A DNA stretch of 64,000 nucleotides. Origin: Squalus acanthias. Its lineage: Eukaryota. A program made the translations under genes and the position numbers. The stretch lies in the NCBI GenBank assembly GCA_030390025.1, contig JASTWF010000109.1:124001-188000 (forward strand), read 5' to 3'. The notes beneath the pieces are model-generated. The model was not told where the DNA came from. It saw only the letters and a list, made by a program, of their open reading frames with translations, and made no database searches. Below, piece by piece: positions 62,801-64,000 of the stretch (positions are counted from its first letter, which is position 1; each line of letters opens with the position of its first letter).

Positions 62801-64000
62801 AGATACAGATTATAGCACCCTCTAAATGTTACCATCAATCTCTCCCAGGGCAGGGACAGCACGGGTTTGATAGAGCGAAAATCTCACTCAACCCTTTCCC
62901 AACAAAAACTCCCAGGGCATGTACAGCAAAGATTCGATATAGAGTAAAGCTCGCTCAACACTGTCACATCAAACATTCCCACTAAACTGCCTCATCAATC
63001 AATCCCAGGGCAGGTACAGCAAGTGTTAGATACAGAGCAAAGTTCCCTCTACACTGACCTATCAAATACTGCCAGGGCAGGTAGAGCAAAGGTAAGAATC
63101 AGAGTATAGGTACCTGTTAACCTTCCCATAAATCACTCCCAGGGCAGGGACAGCAAGTGTTAGATACAGAATAAAGGCCCCTGTAAACTGTCCCATCAAT
63201 CACTCCGAGAGCAGGGACAGCAAAGGTTAGATATAGAGTAAAGCTCGCTATACACTTTTAAATCAAACAGTCCCAGGGCAGGTACAGCATGGGTTAGATG
63301 CAGAGATAAGGTCCATCTAAAGAGTTCCATCAATCATTCCCAGGGTAGGAAAAGCACGTGTTAGATTCACAGTAAACTTCGCTCTAAACTCTCCCAACAG
63401 TCACTCCCAGACCTGCATAAATACATTGAAAAAGTACCTCTAAACTGTCCCTAGGCAGTGTTAGCATGGGTTAGATATAGAGTAAATCGCCCTCTACACT
63501 TTCCCATCAAACGCTCCCAAAGGCAGGAACAACAAGTATTAGATACAGAGTAAAGGTCCCTCTAAACTGGCCCACAAATCACTCCCATGGCAGGGGCAGC
63601 ACCTGTTAGATCCAGATAAAAGTTCAATCTACACTGTCCCAGCCATCACTCCCAAGGCAGGCACAGCACTGGTTAAATGCATAGTAAATGTCCCTATAAA
63701 CTGTCGCCTCGAACACTCACACTGCGGGTGCAGCACGTGTTAGATACAGAGTAAATGACCCTCTAAACTGTCCCATCAATCACTTTGATGGCCGGGGCAG
63801 CACGGGTTTGATACAGCGTAAATCTCCCTCCACACTGTCCCATCAATCTCTCCCAGGACAAGTACAGCAACGGTTAGATTTAGAGTAAAGAACCTTCTAC
63901 ATTGTCAAATCAAACGCTCCAAGGGCAGGTACAGCAAACGTTAGATACATATTAAAGGTTCCTCTAAACTGCTCCATCAATCACTCCCAGGGCAGGTACA
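56870..64000. repeat. 67-bp satellite array running off the window end
   Basis: About 100 diverged units; local higher-order duplication (~61240-61830 vs ~61840-62330). Confidence 0.95.

Noticed and set aside
43860-64000. TCCCAGGGCA in the 67-bp satellite as an array of EBF1-like sites
   Set aside because: One mismatch to consensus, and nothing in the sequence shows the satellite is specific to Ig loci

Overview
Vertebrate genomic DNA, almost certainly from a cartilaginous fish (shark). It holds one complete, unrearranged cluster-type immunoglobulin heavy-chain (IgM) gene on the minus strand, from ~39.75 kb down to ~10.8 kb: promoter, leader, VH, D1, D2, JH (each with recombination signal sequences, RSS), CH1, CH2, CH3, CH4 plus secretory tail, TM1 and TM2. 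The main surprise is a tandem duplication of the CH3-CH4(+tail+polyA) block, giving CH1-CH2-CH3a-CH4a-CH3b-CH4b-TM1-TM2. The copies carry complementary lesions: CH4a has a 1-nt deletion in its secretory tail (new short tail ending Cys-Leu), and CH3b has a 1-nt frameshifting insertion while CH4b keeps an intact tail. All C-exon junctions are phase 1, so 4-, 5- or (if the CH3b indel is an artefact) 6-constant-domain heavy chains are possible. The rest is decayed CR1-type LINEs, a Deu-domain SINE, Penelope-like elements (one young, with intact minimal hammerhead ribozyme cores), several satellites (27, 38, 53, ~57 and 67 bp units) and an N-masked stretch. Repeat boundaries are approximate; exon and RSS coordinates were read base by base.
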